A DNA stretch of 64,000 nucleotides from NCBI GenBank assembly GCA_963825135.1, contig CAWGRW010000009.1, positions 2,592,001 to 2,656,000 on the forward strand, in the 5' to 3' direction. Source of the stretch: an uncultured bacterium. GTDB lineage: Bacteria; Desulfobacterota_D; UBA1144; Nemesobacterales; UBA2774. The notes under the pieces are model-generated. The model made no database searches. It was not told the DNA's origin and was given only the letters and a program-made list of their open reading frames with translations. Made by a program: the position numbers and the translations under genes. Shown here in pieces: positions 62,474-64,000 of this stretch (position 1 is its first letter; every line of letters begins with the position of its first letter).

Positions 62474-63289
62474 TTATTTTTGTTTATCGACCGTAATAAA
62501 CGATATCTGCTCGGACCCCTCCGGCAGCACCGGCGTGAATACCGCCGGGGAGACAGCCGGATTGACAGCCCAGTTGGAGAATACCGCCGAGTACTGAGGC
62601 CCGCCGGGTATCGTCTTGTAGGTTATGACCAGCTTGCACGGAAGCGCCTGCGCCCCGTTTGAAATCCATATCTGCCAGTCTATGTACTTCTCGACGAAGG
62701 CCAGGTGCTTGCAGGACTGCCCGTTTATCATGCTGTCCCCGATTACGACTCCGGCCGCTACGTTCGTCACGAACGCCTTGTAGGGGTCGCTCACGACCAC
62801 GTCCGAAAGTGGCAGAGTGAATCCGTACTTGTCCATAAGGTTATCCATCGCGTCGTCTATATTCGCCGGCACGGCCAGTTTGCCGTAGAGGTTCTTGTCG
62901 ACGTCGAGCACTGTAAGCTCCTTGCCCGTGTACCAGACCTTTTTCGCGGCCAGGTCGCCTGTGAACTCGGCGTAAACCTTGTCGGGTCTCTCGACCGTCA
63001 GGTTAGCCGCCCCGCCGTATTGTATCTGCTCACCCGATACGATGAGCTGGTCGAAATCTATAGCCGCCGTGAAACTGAAAGCCTTCGCGGAGGAAAGCGT
63101 CTTGCTCATGGCCATGAGCAGCTTGTCGGCGACCGGGTCGATCACCGGCCCCGTCGGAACGGTCGGGGCGCCGCTCCCCTTGGCAAATGCGTTTGAGCCC
63201 TGCCCGGACGATAAGAGAAAAGGCGCCGCCAGGACGGCGATTAAAAGTATAAGCCGCTTCAAATCCGGCAGTAATTTCATCATATACAA
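62474..63289 (-). CDS. DUF2092-like periplasmic protein
   Basis: Signal peptide; RPDK, LPLSD, CKHLAF..DWQIWI..PCKLVITYK..PQY. Confidence 0.8.
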   Translation of the reverse strand: MYMMKLLPDLKRLILLIAVLAAPFLLSSGQGSNAFAKGSGAPTVPTGPVIDPVADKLLMAMSKTLSSAKAFSFTAAIDFDQLIVSGEQIQYGGAANLTVERPDKVYAEFTGDLAAKKVWYTGKELTVLDVDKNLYGKLAVPANIDDAMDNLMDKYGFTLPLSDVVVSDPYKAFVTNVAAGVVIGDSMINGQSCKHLAFVEKYIDWQIWISNGAQALPCKLVITYKTIPGGPQYSAVFSNWAVNPAVSPAVFTPVLPEGSEQISFITVDKQK

Positions 63290-63364
63290 CGTCTCCTCTA
63301 TAATATTATGCCCTAATTTTATATCAGTTTTATAAAAATCTCATTAACAATATTTCCGCCGGCC

Positions 63365-63796
63365 TCAGGAGTGCCTCACTATCAGAACGGGGCACGGGGA
63401 CGAGAACATGACCTTGTGGCTGGTCGTGCCCACCGACACCTCCCCCGATTCGGTCCTTATGCCGTGGGACCCCATGATTATGAGGTCGATCCCCTTCTCC
63501 AGGGCGTAGTTGTTTATCACCTTCCACCTGGGCCCTATGACGATGTCCGTATGAGTCCCGACCCCCCTCTTGTCGAAGACCTCTTTCTCGCGGGACATCT
63601 TCTCCTTCAGCTGAGCCTCGAGGGTCTTGTAGAAATTGCTGATCTCGTCGTCCACCTCCTCGTAGTTAAGGGGCTCGATGGCGTGAAGGAGGTGAACGGA
63701 AGCGCCCAGGGCCTCCGCAAGGTAAAGCGCGTGTTCCCTCGCCGCAAGCGACCTGGCCGAGAAATCAGTCGGGAATAATATATTCGCTATCTTCAA
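63365..63796 (-). CDS. Single-domain universal stress protein
   Basis: ILFPTDFS, IDLIIMGSHG, VGTTSHKV..CPVLIV. Confidence 0.92.
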   Translation of the reverse strand: MKIANILFPTDFSARSLAAREHALYLAEALGASVHLLHAIEPLNYEEVDDEISNFYKTLEAQLKEKMSREKEVFDKRGVGTHTDIVIGPRWKVINNYALEKGIDLIIMGSHGIRTESGEVSVGTTSHKVMFSSPCPVLIVRHS

Positions 63797-63851
63797 TTAA
63801 AGTCTCCTTGTCCGGTAATATTCTAACGCCAAATACGGGAATAAATAAGAT

Positions 63852-64000
63852 TTATAATTTACTCCGGTCGTCGAGCGCCCTGACGAGCCCGTTCAATATG
63901 TCAGTGGTCGTCAGCACCCCCACGAGCGCCCCGGAGGCGGAAACGACGGGGAGAGCGTTGAACTTGTTCTTGCTTACGAGCTTGGCGGCCTCTCTCAATT
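63852..64000 (-). CDS. CBS-domain protein, C-terminal part (5' end outside window)
   Basis: Manual translation LREAAKLVSKNKFNALPVVSASGALVGVLTTTDILNGLVRALDDRSKL*. Confidence 0.8.
   Translation of the reverse strand, partial: LREAAKLVSKNKFNALPVVSASGALVGVLTTTDILNGLVRALDDRSKL

Overview
A 64-kb bacterial chromosomal segment with a GC-rich backbone. The diderm envelope genes, sigma54 promoters, futalosine pathway gene and two IPTL-CTERM proteins would fit a Desulfobacterota/Dadabacteria-like organism (inference). Housekeeping content includes ssrA (tag ATNDFALAA) next to smpB, dtd, a sigma70 factor, clpB, pyrF, proS, ptsH/ptsI, mqnC, glgA, eda, a Fur/PerR regulator and several transporters. The most notable accessory features are: (1) a 2,389-bp IS3-family element (27997-30385) with 16-bp inverted repeats and a TTCG target duplication, which carries a complete IPTL-CTERM surface-protein gene as passenger and splits a 164-codon gene; (2) a family of eight dispersed hairpins with a conserved GTATA core and co-varying doublet arms, which bracket AT-rich accessory genes like cassette borders; (3) an AT-rich two-gene Abi/HEPN-like plus PD-(D/E)XK nuclease cassette between clpB and pyrF, a candidate defence system; (4) a CHAD / ParA / CYTH operon, a candidate polyphosphate-granule positioning system; (5) a DosR-regulon-like island (Hsp20, five USPs, CBS proteins, Rv2004c-like kinase) with three sigma54 promoters and TGT-N11-ACA boxes. 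Five genes carry frameshifts that are most likely assembly errors. No CRISPR array, tRNA or rRNA was seen. All family assignments come from motif recognition, not database searches.
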